The notes: generated by a model not told the origin, from the letters alone. Numbered from the stretch's first letter, positions 35,119-44,933 are shown. The stretch is 64,000 nt of DNA from Gammaproteobacteria bacterium CG11_big_fil_rev_8_21_14_0_20_46_22 (GCA_002796245.1 PCWT01000064.1:19822-83821); one strand, 5' to 3'. Made by a program: numbers and translations.

Positions 35119-37026
35119 ATGCCAAAACGTAGGGTTAAAGAGAAGAAGGCTAAAGAGAATAAGGCTAAAGCACTCGAAAAAGAAATCAAGGCACTTAAGC
35201 CTGCTTTTCACAAGTGGGCGAGGGCGATGTGCCGGCATAACGCTGCTGGAGACCCCACGCACTGGACCGCCACGCCTCGCCCTACTGCGGACTTGGCTGT
35301 TGTAGCCATGCTGGAAGCTTTTTACGCACTTCAAACTGCCTTGTCAAAGGCTTTGGCGGCTAGAGAGGATACTGAGCAGAATATTGAACAGAATGCTCGT
35401 TCAGCCCCTGGTAATCCCCCTTCCTTCGAGACACCCATTGGTTTTTGGAAGCCGCCAAGGCAGAAGCTCTCAGCGATTATGAAGCTCCCAGCGATTGAAA
35501 GGACAGCAGCGTTTGCTCAAGAACTGTATGATCTTACTCAACAAGCAAGCAGGCTCGCCGGACAGGTTGCTTCTGAGGGCGTTAACACGGAAGAGCAGCG
35601 TTCTGCTATTTCCGATGCGCTGACTGGGCTGATTAATTTTATGGAAGAGGCCGTTGAGCCTGCACGCAAGGCCCTCGATTTCATGAGAGATTTTCTTTTG
35701 AAAAGTGTCGGCAATGTTCAAGCGCGTAGCAATGCTCAACCACCGTCCACAGCCGTTGCTTTAGAGACACCTGCCGACGCGCTGTCGAATAATGATGCTC
35801 GTCTCGCTGGGCTGCTTGCAGAGGCTGTGACGACGCTCAGCGCTCTGGCTGACCAGCTTGATGATGATGGCGTTGTCTCTGAGACGATGCGTGCTACTGT
35901 TAAACAAACCATTGCTGATATACGCTGCTTCCATTTGATCGCTTTTGGTTATTTGCCAGAGGTTTTAGCTGCCCCTGATCGTTTGGCGCTTCAGGCTAGT
36001 CTTGAGGCTCAGTCTGATGATTCTTGCGATAATCCGTTCAAACTGCTTAAAGCTCACATTACGAACTTCTCAAGGGAAGCGCTTAAGCTGTCTATGGCTC
36101 ATCTTCCTTCTGCTCTTGATCCTGATCTTGAGCCTGATCTTTCTGCTGCTGTTGGAGATCAGAAGTTTATGGGGAGGTGTCTTCTTGTGGCTGGGGTTTT
36201 TTTGGGTCTGAAGAGTTCTCTAACGAGTTTTCAACAGGCGAGTTTTCAACAGGCGAGTCTTCTGCAGGCTGATAGCGAGGCCGCCGCGAGAGCCTGTGAC
36301 TATGGTAGCGATGACGATGACAGTGATGATGCCTCCTCCCAGGCGCGCAGCAATGGTCAACCACCACCGTCCACAGCCGTTGCTTTAGAGACACCTGCCG
36401 ACGCGCTGTCGAATGATGCTCGTCTTGCTCGGCTGCTTGCAGAGGCTGTGGCGCTCAGCGCTCTGGCTGACCAGCTTGATGATAATTTGTTTTCTAATGG
36501 CGTTGTCTCTAAGGTGCGTACTGCTGTTGCACGAGCCATTCAAGCCATTAATGATATATGCCGCATCCAATCGACTGGTCCTGTGTCAGCTGTTCTAGCT
36601 GACCCTGGTCTTTTGGCGCCTCAGGCTCGTCTTAAGCCTCAGTCTGATGATTCTTGCGAGGATCTGTTCAAACGGCTTGAAGCTGGCGTTACGAGGCTTT
36701 CAAGAAAAGCGTTTGAGCTGTCTAAGTCTAATACTCCTTCTGATGTTGATTTTGCTGAGCGCTGTCTTCTTGTGTGTCAGGTTTTTTTGAGTCTGCAGCG
36801 TTCTCTACATAGTCTTCTGCAAGCTGAGCTAAACGCCACGAAAGTCTGCATTGCTGCCCTCCACAGTGCTGCTGCCCATGCTGCCCGCCGCAGCGAGGAC
36901 GATGACAGCAATAGCGATGACAGCGATGATGACTATGACAGCGATGACGATGACAGCGATGACGATGACAGCAATAACGTCGGCAGCAATAACGTCGGCA
37001 GCCCCCTTAATAAGAAGGGTGCCTGA
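35119..37026 (+). CDS. Orphan repeat protein (635 aa): Lys-rich N-terminus, two tandem ~207-aa repeats, poly-Asp/Ser tail. A candidate secreted effector.
   Basis: Long ORF with a good SD. The internal duplication is visible at both DNA and protein level. I recognise no family. Confidence 0.7.
   Translation: MPKRRVKEKKAKENKAKALEKEIKALKPAFHKWARAMCRHNAAGDPTHWTATPRPTADLAVVAMLEAFYALQTALSKALAAREDTEQNIEQNARSAPGNPPSFETPIGFWKPPRQKLSAIMKLPAIERTAAFAQELYDLTQQASRLAGQVASEGVNTEEQRSAISDALTGLINFMEEAVEPARKALDFMRDFLLKSVGNVQARSNAQPPSTAVALETPADALSNNDARLAGLLAEAVTTLSALADQLDDDGVVSETMRATVKQTIADIRCFHLIAFGYLPEVLAAPDRLALQASLEAQSDDSCDNPFKLLKAHITNFSREALKLSMAHLPSALDPDLEPDLSAAVGDQKFMGRCLLVAGVFLGLKSSLTSFQQASFQQASLLQADSEAAARACDYGSDDDDSDDASSQARSNGQPPPSTAVALETPADALSNDARLARLLAEAVALSALADQLDDNLFSNGVVSKVRTAVARAIQAINDICRIQSTGPVSAVLADPGLLAPQARLKPQSDDSCEDLFKRLEAGVTRLSRKAFELSKSNTPSDVDFAERCLLVCQVFLSLQRSLHSLLQAELNATKVCIAALHSAAAHAARRSEDDDSNSDDSDDDYDSDDDDSDDDDSNNVGSNNVGSPLNKKGA
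35719..36960 (+). repeat. In-frame tandem duplication, 2 x 621 nt, inside the 635-aa gene
   Basis: Unit 1 starts CAAGCGCGTAGCAAT at 35719 and unit 2 starts CAGGCGCGCAGCAAT at 36340. The first ~150 nt are nearly identical, apart from a few substitutions and 3-nt indels. Each unit ends in an acidic GAT/GAC/AGC tract. Nested 15-nt tandem repeats lie at 36940-36969 and 36970-36999. Confidence 0.85.
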
Positions 37027-37147
37027 TTTGAATCGCAAGAGGCGTTTGCCAGAAACGACTGAGTCCGCGTACAGGTGGTATTGTAAACTGCAAGAGGCGT
37101 TATGGCATCTCTGCGAGTGCTTCTGCCGCGAGAAAAACATTGATTGT

Positions 37148-39871
37148 ATGGGTTTAGCAAACCTATTCTTTGCTCGAAAATCGCGTACTGTTTATTGGCC
37201 AGGATTTCCTGTTATTTTACTCTTTGGTTTTTTTAGGGAGATTGAGTGGTGGATTCGCGCAAAACGCGAGTTGCAGCGAAGCGATCCAAAAGCTGTCAAT
37301 GCAGAGCTTAAAATAAGTCTCGATGCTTTATATGCCTCATATACCTCTATCAGGAAATCTAGACTGAGTAAGGAGCAGAATTTCTTTTTAATGGCTTTCG
37401 GGAATAGTTATCAGCATAGGGTGTATACAGGTAATGTACCAGTAGAGGGTTTTCCCGCTGCCTTGTTGGAGTATATCGGTACAAGAGCAGTCGTGTACGC
37501 GCAGAACGAATGGATTATCACATTGATTCGTGACCTGGAATGTAATGTTTTACCACCAATGAAGAGCACAATAGAAATTGTTTTGCCCGTTCTGCGCGAC
37601 TTGAAAATAGCTCTCGATGACAAGAAGCCTTGGGTGATAAATGCTTTAGCTAAGCTTGTGCCTACAAATATTCTTCTCTTGCAACACTTAGTAAGAGACG
37701 GGCGTATTGATCTTCTTGAAGCAATGCAAAGCTCACTCCAAAGTGACGAAGCAGGAGAGGAGTTTCGCTTAATCCTTCAATCAAGCCAGAATAGCGCGGG
37801 CGTAACGTTGCTTGGCTATGCAATTGTAGAAAAAAACTTTTTGATGATCCAATGGCTGCATAATAAGGGGGTTGATTTTCGTGCGTTAGTTGATTATCAA
37901 TATGGGCTGGATGCGTATGCCTTGGCTGTAGAGGAGGATGCGGCTAATGTTTTGCTGCAGTTATTGCGACTCCAGCCGACAAACTTAGAATCAGAAAAAA
38001 TCGAAATAGCAGCGCCTACCGCGCCCGCCTCGCCACCTGCGGCCAGTCCTTGTGACAGAGTGCTGAATCCTTTTCCTTTGGGTGATGATGGTCCATTCAG
38101 ACAAGAAGCGAAACCAGCGGGTAGAAAGTTTGTTAACGTAACGCCAATAGTCACGTGTAGAGCTAAAACAAAAGCGGTCATGGACGCGCTTGATTCCTTT
38201 CTTTCTACCTGTAAGCCTAGCGGCAACTTGGTGGACTTACTAAGAAAAAAGGGCGTAATTAAAAAAAAATTATCCGAAATGCAAGGCTTACTGGCTGAGT
38301 TTATTGCTGTTTCCGTGAAGGACACTGGCGCAGAGACGGGGGAATTTATACAGCGCGTAGAGGACTCTGTTGAGACAATTAAGGAACGGCTGAGGCTTGT
38401 TTCAGAGCAGGGGGAGCTGTGTAAAAAGAAAATTAAGAGGCTTTGTGCCAAACTAGCCGATCGTCGAAAAGCAGTCGAGGATACACTGCAACCCTTGGAT
38501 GCTGCTATACGTCAAGCCAAAACCAGGCTGCCTACGGAGGAATGCGATGTTGTCCATTTTTCACCGATCAATATTAAGGCGAGCCAGGACTGCTTTTCTG
38601 AGGGTTGCGTGATCCTCCAAGAAGAACTCACCCAGTTATACAAGGTAGCAGGCAATACGCGCCAGTATGCGGACCAAAAAGCCCAGTGTAACCTATGGCA
38701 TGCTAGGGTTGCGTCGCTTATTGAAGCGGCCAACACTATTGCTCGAAAGATAACTGAGCAGAAAGAAGAAGCGCTTAGAAAAGCGTTGCATGAGCGCGAA
38801 GAAAAACAAAAAGAAGCAAAGCTCTTAGAGGATTTATTGGGTATTGAAGGGCAGTTAAACACAATCTCTCAAGATCTTTTAACCTATCAGCAGCAGGCGA
38901 GCAGCAAAGCTGGTCTGAAACGTGGCGATAAAGCAGAGCTGGACGAGTTGAATCAAGACGTGCGCAGGTTGGAAGCAGTGCTCGAGCAGCTTCCAGTAGT
39001 CAATAAAAAGCCAATTTTGGACATAAGGGCTAGGATAGCAAGGCAGCTCAGTAACATTAAACAGACGCAAATTAAGACGGGTGAGGCTGTCTGTGTGTTG
39101 CTTGCTAAAAAGACTGCGGCACTAGAAGCTGCTTACCACGATATCGATGCATTGCTTGCGAGATTAGACAAGTTTGGGAATACAGATACAGTAAATCTCA
39201 CAACGCATCTTTTTGATCAGATTAAAAGCGAGTTAAAAGAAGCCAGTGAGTTGATTAACTATATTGCAGAATTTGGTGGGTTTGAAGACCCTTCTCAGGC
39301 AAGTGCTCGTTTAGAAGCAATGCGCAAGGCCCTCTTATTAAGGAGGCAACAGTGTACAGCTGCACAACCATCCAGCGCTCAAGCAAAAGCGGCTCAATCG
39401 GAAGTGCCTCAACCGGAAGTGCCTCAACCGAAAGCAGCTCAACCGAGAGTGTCTCAACGGAAGTCATCAAGGAGGCCACCGTGTACAGCGGCACAACCAT
39501 CCAGCGCTCAAGCAAAAGCGGCTCAGCCGAAAGCGACTCAACCGACGTCATCAGTGGCTCAGTTTTTTGAGCCCCGTCCGCAAGCTAAGCGAGAAGAAGC
39601 TGAGCGAGCCCGCACTGTACAGAGCGAGATAACGGCATTTGAGCGCTCTCTAGTTAAATTAATTGACTCTCAAATAATTGACTCTCAAAGCTGGGGGGAG
39701 ATTGTTTTGGAGGCGAACCGCTTATTACAGCTTGTTGAGCAAGCGGCGGGGAATGCTTTTTTAAAGAAGGAGGCAATGGACGAGACAATCCGTCGCTTGG
39801 AGGAACTGATCGCCAGCATAGCTGAGTTTAGTGAGGAGGCTGCCCCTCCTGCACAAAGCAAGACAAGCTAG
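37148..39871 (+). CDS. Orphan ankyrin-repeat / coiled-coil protein with Pro-Gln repeats (~907 aa from the first ATG). A candidate secreted effector.
   Basis: The ORF is open from 36851. The first ATG after the upstream stop is at 37148, and alternative in-frame GTG 37019 or TTG 37028 starts are possible. The ankyrin-like segment is NSAGVTLLGYAIVEKNFLMIQWLHNKGVDFRALVDYQYGLDAYALAVEEDAANVLLQLL. A long heptad-rich region spans roughly 38200-39330. Confidence 0.7.
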   Translation: MGLANLFFARKSRTVYWPGFPVILLFGFFREIEWWIRAKRELQRSDPKAVNAELKISLDALYASYTSIRKSRLSKEQNFFLMAFGNSYQHRVYTGNVPVEGFPAALLEYIGTRAVVYAQNEWIITLIRDLECNVLPPMKSTIEIVLPVLRDLKIALDDKKPWVINALAKLVPTNILLLQHLVRDGRIDLLEAMQSSLQSDEAGEEFRLILQSSQNSAGVTLLGYAIVEKNFLMIQWLHNKGVDFRALVDYQYGLDAYALAVEEDAANVLLQLLRLQPTNLESEKIEIAAPTAPASPPAASPCDRVLNPFPLGDDGPFRQEAKPAGRKFVNVTPIVTCRAKTKAVMDALDSFLSTCKPSGNLVDLLRKKGVIKKKLSEMQGLLAEFIAVSVKDTGAETGEFIQRVEDSVETIKERLRLVSEQGELCKKKIKRLCAKLADRRKAVEDTLQPLDAAIRQAKTRLPTEECDVVHFSPINIKASQDCFSEGCVILQEELTQLYKVAGNTRQYADQKAQCNLWHARVASLIEAANTIARKITEQKEEALRKALHEREEKQKEAKLLEDLLGIEGQLNTISQDLLTYQQQASSKAGLKRGDKAELDELNQDVRRLEAVLEQLPVVNKKPILDIRARIARQLSNIKQTQIKTGEAVCVLLAKKTAALEAAYHDIDALLARLDKFGNTDTVNLTTHLFDQIKSELKEASELINYIAEFGGFEDPSQASARLEAMRKALLLRRQQCTAAQPSSAQAKAAQSEVPQPEVPQPKAAQPRVSQRKSSRRPPCTAAQPSSAQAKAAQPKATQPTSSVAQFFEPRPQAKREEAERARTVQSEITAFERSLVKLIDSQIIDSQSWGEIVLEANRLLQLVEQAAGNAFLKKEAMDETIRRLEELIASIAEFSEEAAPPAQSKTS
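39340..39526 (+). repeat. Intragenic repeats: a 57-nt unit repeated with a 129-nt period, enclosing four 15-nt tandem units
   Basis: AAGGAGGCAACAGTGTACAGCTGCACAACCATCCAGCGCTCAAGCAAAAGCGGCTCA at 39340 recurs at 39469 with a few mismatches. The 15-mers GAAGTGCCTCAACCG (x2), AAAGCAGCTCAACCG and AGAGTGTCTCAACGG occupy 39401-39460. Confidence 0.85.
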
Positions 39872-39944
39872 GGGTTCTCATCCTTGGCTTTGGTCTTTTT
39901 TATCCTTGTGTTAGCATGAGCGAAATCGAGTTGAGAGTGAAAAT

Positions 39945-41204
39945 ATGACTCAAAAAATCCAAGCCGTGCGTGGTATGAACGATATTTTGCCCAGTGAAAC
40001 GCATCGTTGGCAGGCCTTTGAAGCGATTGTGCGCGAACACTTAGCACACTATGCTTACCGTGAAATTCGTTTTCCGATTGTTGAAAAAACGGCGTTGTTT
40101 AAGCGTGGCGTGGGTGAGGTGACGGATATCGTCGAGAAAGAGATGTATACCTTCGACGATCGCAATGGTGAGAGTTTGAGCTTGCGTCCGGAAGGCACGG
40201 CAGGCTGCGTGCGTGCAGCCGTTGAACATGGTTTGTTGCACAATCAGATTCAACGATTATGGTATATGGGCCCTTTGTTTCGTCATGAGCGACCGCAAAA
40301 AGGGCGTTATCGTCAATTTCATCAGGTGGGTGTAGAGGCTTTTGGTATGGACTCGCCGATGATTGATGCTGAGCTGATTGCATTGTCGGCCAGCCTTTGG
40401 AAAAAACTGGGCATCGCAGAGTCGGTCACATTAGAAATCAATACCCTTGGCAGTTTTGAATCACGCCAACGTTATCGTGAGAAATTGATTGCGTATTTTT
40501 CAGGGCATATAGATGCATTGGATGAAGATAGTCGGCGTCGCTTGCAAAGTAATCCTTTGCGGATTTTAGATTCTAAAAACCCTGATATGAAAGCGGTGAC
40601 TGTAGGTGCGCCGAAAATGCTTGATAGCCTCGATGAAGCATCGAAAGTTCATTTTGATCGGGTTTGTGCGCTGCTGGATGAGTTGGGTATTACCTACACA
40701 TTAAACCCTAACTTGGTCCGCGGTTTGGATTATTATTGCCACACGGTGTTTGAGTGGACAACAAATGAATTAGGTGCACAAGGTACTGTGTGTGCCGGCG
40801 GGCGCTACGATGCTTTGGTTGAGCAGCTGGGTGGGCGTGCGACCCCGGCGGTGGGCTTTGCCATGGGCATTGAGCGATTATTGTTGCTGTGCGAATTGGG
40901 CGATACCTCGCCTGCGCCCGAGGCTTATTTTTTATTGCTCGGCGAGTCAGTTCAGGCGGCAGGCCTCACGATGGCTGAGCAATTGCGCTCAAGTGGGGTT
41001 CCTATTCAAGTTGACTGCACGGGCGGCAGCCTGAAATCTCAGATGAAAAAAGCCGATGCCAGTGGTGTGGCGTATGCGCTCATTTTGGGTGAAAATGAGC
41101 TTAAAGCGGGTGAGGTCATTGTGAAGCCTTTGCGCGATGAGGGTAAGCAGAAGACAGTTGCGCTGTCGTTGAAACCGTTGCTTGAAGCCATAAAGTGCGT
41201 ATAA
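39945..41204 (+). CDS. hisS: Histidine--tRNA ligase
   Basis: Contains GMNDILPSE, the class II motifs [16 protein letters not shown] and GGGRYD, and the anticodon-binding C-terminus. Confidence 0.96.
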   Translation: MTQKIQAVRGMNDILPSETHRWQAFEAIVREHLAHYAYREIRFPIVEKTALFKRGVGEVTDIVEKEMYTFDDRNGESLSLRPEGTAGCVRAAVEHGLLHNQIQRLWYMGPLFRHERPQKGRYRQFHQVGVEAFGMDSPMIDAELIALSASLWKKLGIAESVTLEINTLGSFESRQRYREKLIAYFSGHIDALDEDSRRRLQSNPLRILDSKNPDMKAVTVGAPKMLDSLDEASKVHFDRVCALLDELGITYTLNPNLVRGLDYYCHTVFEWTTNELGAQGTVCAGGRYDALVEQLGGRATPAVGFAMGIERLLLLCELGDTSPAPEAYFLLLGESVQAAGLTMAEQLRSSGVPIQVDCTGGSLKSQMKKADASGVAYALILGENELKAGEVIVKPLRDEGKQKTVALSLKPLLEAIKCV

Positions 41205-41236
41205 TGGGTCTGTTTTTGAACAACAAGGATGCGAGC

Positions 41237-41725
41237 ATGGATGTTGAGCAACAGTCACTGAGCGGTATGTCGCTAGCAAAGGCCTTAATAGATGCAAGGA
41301 TTGCGCAGGGTTTGTCCGAAGAAGATGTGGCCAATGAATTACGCATTGCTACCTCCACGGTAAAAGCCATTGAAGCGAATCACTACCCCCCTGAGAAAAT
41401 GGATGTTTACGTTAAAGGCTATATTCGTGGCTATGCTAAACTGGTGCGCGTGCCACTAGAATCCGTTGATCATCACCTTTCTGACCTTGGTGTGCTCGAT
41501 TGCCCGCAAGCCGCACCTGTGCATACTTTTCGCTATGATAAGTCCCGCCAACGCCGTAAGCCTATGAAGTGGGCAACGTTTGCCATGTCTGGTATTTTGT
41601 TGGTCATGGTGATCAGTTGGGTCCAGTGGCAGCGTTCAGCGCCTCTCGGCGCTGCTGCAAATGACTCGGCGAGCTCCGCGAGTCTCGTCCTGAGGCAATC
41701 GGCCAAACATCAAGAATCCGCGTGA
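41237..41725 (+). CDS. Short RodZ-like protein (XRE-type HTH plus a single TM, no periplasmic domain)
   Basis: Contains LAKALIDARIAQGLSEEDVANELRIATSTVKAIE, then YVKGYIRGYAKLV, then the TM segment WATFAMSGILLVMVISWVQW and a tail of about 30 aa. Confidence 0.6.
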   Translation: MDVEQQSLSGMSLAKALIDARIAQGLSEEDVANELRIATSTVKAIEANHYPPEKMDVYVKGYIRGYAKLVRVPLESVDHHLSDLGVLDCPQAAPVHTFRYDKSRQRRKPMKWATFAMSGILLVMVISWVQWQRSAPLGAAANDSASSASLVLRQSAKHQESA

Positions 41726-41782
41726 CTTCAAGCCCTTGGTTTGACATAATGCCGGCTTGATTTTTCCTTAAAAGAGCGCGGT

Positions 41783-42451
41783 ATGTCTTATTACACAACG
41801 GATGCGGAGCAAAAAGAAAAACTCTTAAAGTGGTGGAAAGAATACGGTTGGGCCACTATTTTAGGGGTTGTTTTGGCCGTTGTTATTGTTGTGGGTTGGC
41901 AGGTCTATCGTCGGCATCAGCTTCACCAGGCTCAGCAGGCTTCATTGGTTTATGCTACCATGATGAGCAGCAGCTATGCGCATGATCTTTCCTCGGCCAA
42001 GTCGGCTGCAAACGCTTTAAGCACGCAGTATTCAGGCACGTCCTATGCGGATATGGCCCATTTGTGGCTCGCTGCTCAGGCGGCCAACGCTAAGCACTAT
42101 CAGCAAGCCTTAAGCGAGCTTAAACAGGTTTCGGAGCATGGCCATATGAAGGCTTTGCGACAAATCGCGGTGTTGCGTGAAGCCTCAATCCAGCTTCAAC
42201 TTAAACAACCAAGCCTCGCGCTCAAGGCTTTAGACACTGTCTATGATAAAGGCTTTATTGCGCGCGTGAATGAGTACAAAGGTGATGCGTATTGGCAGAT
42301 GAATCAGCCAGAGAAAGCCAGGGCGCATTATCAGCAGGCGGTTGCGCAATACCAAAAAGCCGGTGTGCCAGCGCCAGCGGTGGCAATGAAGCTTGCCGGT
42401 GTGCCCAATATTACGCCGCATCACCTAAACACTACGGGGTCTAACGCTTAA
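41783..42451 (+). CDS. yfgM: YfgM-like TPR membrane protein
   Basis: The N-terminus is EQKEKLLKWWKEYGWATILGVVLAVVIVVGW. The gene lies upstream of bamB-der. Confidence 0.8.
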   Translation: MSYYTTDAEQKEKLLKWWKEYGWATILGVVLAVVIVVGWQVYRRHQLHQAQQASLVYATMMSSSYAHDLSSAKSAANALSTQYSGTSYADMAHLWLAAQAANAKHYQQALSELKQVSEHGHMKALRQIAVLREASIQLQLKQPSLALKALDTVYDKGFIARVNEYKGDAYWQMNQPEKARAHYQQAVAQYQKAGVPAPAVAMKLAGVPNITPHHLNTTGSNA

Positions 42452-43605
42452 TGAACATTTTAATTCGTCTTGCTGTTATCGTTTTCGGTGTGACCTTGTT
42501 GTCTGCCTGCAGTTCTGATGCGGATAATGCAATGGCGCCTTCGCCGTTGCAGTCCTACACGCCGAGCGTTCAAGCTGTGACAGCCTGGAAGACTGGTGTC
42601 GGTAATGGCAATGGCGGTTATTATTTTCGCATGCGCCCTGCGGTACGCCATGGCGTGTTGTTTGTCGCTAGTCGCAATGGTGATGTGAGTGCAGTCAATG
42701 CAAAAACAGGTCGCACTTTGTGGAATGAAAACATTGGCGCGAATATCACCAGTGGTGTGGGTGTTGGTGGTGGTAATGTGTATGTGGGCACAGATAACGC
42801 GCGTATTGTGGCGCTTTCAGCACAAGACGGGCATTTGGTTTGGCATGCGCCTGTGACCAGCGAAGTCTGGGCTGCGCCTGAATATGCACGAGGTATTGTG
42901 CTTGCGCACACCATCACGGGTAACTTAAGCGCTTTTTCGGCTAGCACGGGCCATCTGATCTGGCGCTATGACGAAGCGGTTCCTAGTATGACTTTGCATG
43001 CAGCCAGTCAGCCAGAAGTGGCGGGCAATACGGTTGTGGCCGGTTTCTCTGATGGTCATTTGGTCGTGTTGAATTTGCAAACAGGCAATATGCTTTGGCA
43101 GCAGCAAGTGGCTTTGCCACGAGGCAATAATGTGATTGATCGCATGGTGGATATCACCGTCGACCCGGTCGTGGTCAATGGTGTGGCTTATGTGGCAACG
43201 TATCAAGGTCGTGTGGCGGCCTATGATTTGGATAAAGGCCAACTAATTTGGTCGCATAAAATTTCATCGTATGCCGGTATTACCGCAGATCGCCATCAAG
43301 TCTATGTGACCGATGCCGATGGTCGTGTGTGGTGCTTTGATGAAGCCACTGGGGCGGTGGCATGGCGCCAAACCGCCTTAAAAGGCCGACAGCTTACAGG
43401 TCCGGCGTTAATCGGTCAAAGTGTTGCCGTGGCTGATCGTTATGGTTTTGTGCATTTTCTTTCGCGCTCTAGCGGCAAGCTTCAGGGGCGTGCGCCGATC
43501 AGTGCTGATGCTATTGCGCAGCCCGTGGCCGATAACAGCCAATTGTTTGTGCTAGGTACAAACGGCACGGTCTGGTCTTTTGTGTTGAGACCCTTTAAGG
43601 CTTAA
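42451..43605 (+). CDS. bamB: Outer membrane protein assembly factor BamB
   Basis: It has a lipobox (LLSAC), PQQ-like beta-propeller repeats (GRTLWNE, GHLVWHA, GHLIWRY, GNMLWQQ, GQLIWSH, GAVAWRQ) and the expected synteny. Confidence 0.9.
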   Translation: MNILIRLAVIVFGVTLLSACSSDADNAMAPSPLQSYTPSVQAVTAWKTGVGNGNGGYYFRMRPAVRHGVLFVASRNGDVSAVNAKTGRTLWNENIGANITSGVGVGGGNVYVGTDNARIVALSAQDGHLVWHAPVTSEVWAAPEYARGIVLAHTITGNLSAFSASTGHLIWRYDEAVPSMTLHAASQPEVAGNTVVAGFSDGHLVVLNLQTGNMLWQQQVALPRGNNVIDRMVDITVDPVVVNGVAYVATYQGRVAAYDLDKGQLIWSHKISSYAGITADRHQVYVTDADGRVWCFDEATGAVAWRQTALKGRQLTGPALIGQSVAVADRYGFVHFLSRSSGKLQGRAPISADAIAQPVADNSQLFVLGTNGTVWSFVLRPFKA

Positions 43606-43610
43606 ATCCT

Positions 43611-44933
43611 ATGTTGCCACTCATTGCTATTGTCGGTCGTCCTAACGTCGGTAAGTCCACGCTGTTTAACCACATGACACGCTCGCGTGATGCTTTGGTT
43701 GTCGACCAGCCGGGGGTGACGCGCGATCGTCACTACGGTGAGGCGCGTTTCGAAGGCAAGCGCTTTTTGCTGGTTGACACCGGCGGTATCGGTGAAACAC
43801 CTGAAGGCGAAATTGATGAATTAATGCTGGCGCAGTCTTGGCTTGCAGTGCAAGAGGCCGATGTGGTGTTGTTTATGGTCGATGGTCGCGCCGGTGTTGT
43901 TGCGGCTGACGAAGAGATTGCGCGCAAGCTTCGTGAGTTGAATAAGCCGATGCATTTGGTGGTGAATAAAACTGACGGTATCGACGAAAACGTTGCGGCT
44001 TCGGACTTTTATGCCCTAGGTATTGGTGAGCCCTTGGCTATTGCTGCTAGTCATAACCGTGGTGTGCGTGGCCTTTTAGAGATGATCACGCAGAATTTTG
44101 AACAAGCTAGTGATGAGCCAGAAGAAACTGATGGTCGAATCCGTATGGCGATTATTGGTAAGCCTAATGTCGGCAAGTCGACCTTGGTTAATCGTATGTT
44201 GGGTGAGGAACGGGTGATTGTGTGTGATATGCCAGGCACCACGCGCGACAGCATTGAAATTGATTTTGAGCGTCAAGGCGAAGAGTACACCTTGATCGAC
44301 ACAGCCGGCGTGCGTCGACGCGGTCGCATCAAAGACACGGTTGAGAAATTTTCTGTTGTGAAAACCTTGCAAGCGATCGAGTCTGCCAATGTGGTGGTGT
44401 TTGTGTTTGACGCACAGGATGGCTTGTCTGAGCAGGATGAGCGCTTGTTAGGCTTTGTGCTTGAGACCGGCAAAGCGTTGGTGCTTGCGGTGAATAAGTG
44501 GGACGGCATGGAAAGTGATGAGCGTGATCGCATCAAATCTGAAATGCTGCGTCGTTTAGAATTTGTAGACTTTGCCCGCAAACACTTTATCTCGGCATTG
44601 CATGGCTCAGGTGTCGGCAATCTTTTTGAGTCGGTGCAGGAAGCCTATCGCTCGGCCATGCGTCAAATCACTACGGCTAAGGCCACGGAAATATTGCAAG
44701 ACGCCATCGTGCAACATCAGCCACCGTTATCTAAAGGGCGACGCATTAAAATTCGTTACGCACATTTGGGCGGAAAAAATCCTCCTATCTTGGTCTTGCA
44801 CGGTACACAGCTTGACGCGCTGCCTAACACTTACCAACGCTACTTGATTAATTTCTACCGTAAGCGTTTGCACCTGGTTGGTACACCCATCAAGCTTCAG
44901 TTGAAGTCTGCAAAAAACCCTTACGTTAAGTAG
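43611..44933 (+). CDS. der: Ribosome-associated GTPase Der/EngA
   Basis: Two G domains (GRPNVGKST and GKPNVGKST, with DTGG and DTAG, NKTD and NKWD) plus a KH-like C-terminus. Confidence 0.96.
   Translation: MLPLIAIVGRPNVGKSTLFNHMTRSRDALVVDQPGVTRDRHYGEARFEGKRFLLVDTGGIGETPEGEIDELMLAQSWLAVQEADVVLFMVDGRAGVVAADEEIARKLRELNKPMHLVVNKTDGIDENVAASDFYALGIGEPLAIAASHNRGVRGLLEMITQNFEQASDEPEETDGRIRMAIIGKPNVGKSTLVNRMLGEERVIVCDMPGTTRDSIEIDFERQGEEYTLIDTAGVRRRGRIKDTVEKFSVVKTLQAIESANVVVFVFDAQDGLSEQDERLLGFVLETGKALVLAVNKWDGMESDERDRIKSEMLRRLEFVDFARKHFISALHGSGVGNLFESVQEAYRSAMRQITTAKATEILQDAIVQHQPPLSKGRRIKIRYAHLGGKNPPILVLHGTQLDALPNTYQRYLINFYRKRLHLVGTPIKLQLKSAKNPYVK

Noticed and set aside
34978-35334. A 118-aa minus-strand ORF across the island promoter and the start of the 635-aa gene.
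   Set aside because: It is antisense to a better-supported gene start and its promoter/SD region, and its translation is low complexity.
35719-36500. A diversity-generating retroelement (template/variable repeat pair) as an explanation for the two near-identical ~150-nt segments.
   Set aside because: The mismatches between the copies are a mix of transitions, transversions and 3-nt indels and are not adenine-specific. No reverse transcriptase is nearby. It is an intragenic tandem duplication.
36851-37147. The N-terminal 99 codons of the 1006-aa ORF in the track (MLPSTVLL...MTAIAMTAMMTMTAMTMTAMT...).
   Set aside because: The MTAMT repeats are simply the GAT-GAC-AGC acidic tract of the upstream gene read in another frame. 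I do not accept them as coding as annotated. The question of the true start or a frameshift is raised as a finding instead.
39401-39460. Four consecutive 15-nt repeats that might suggest a mini CRISPR-like or VNTR array.
   Set aside because: There are no spacers. The repeats are contiguous, in frame and encode EVPQP/KAAQP pentapeptides inside a long ORF.
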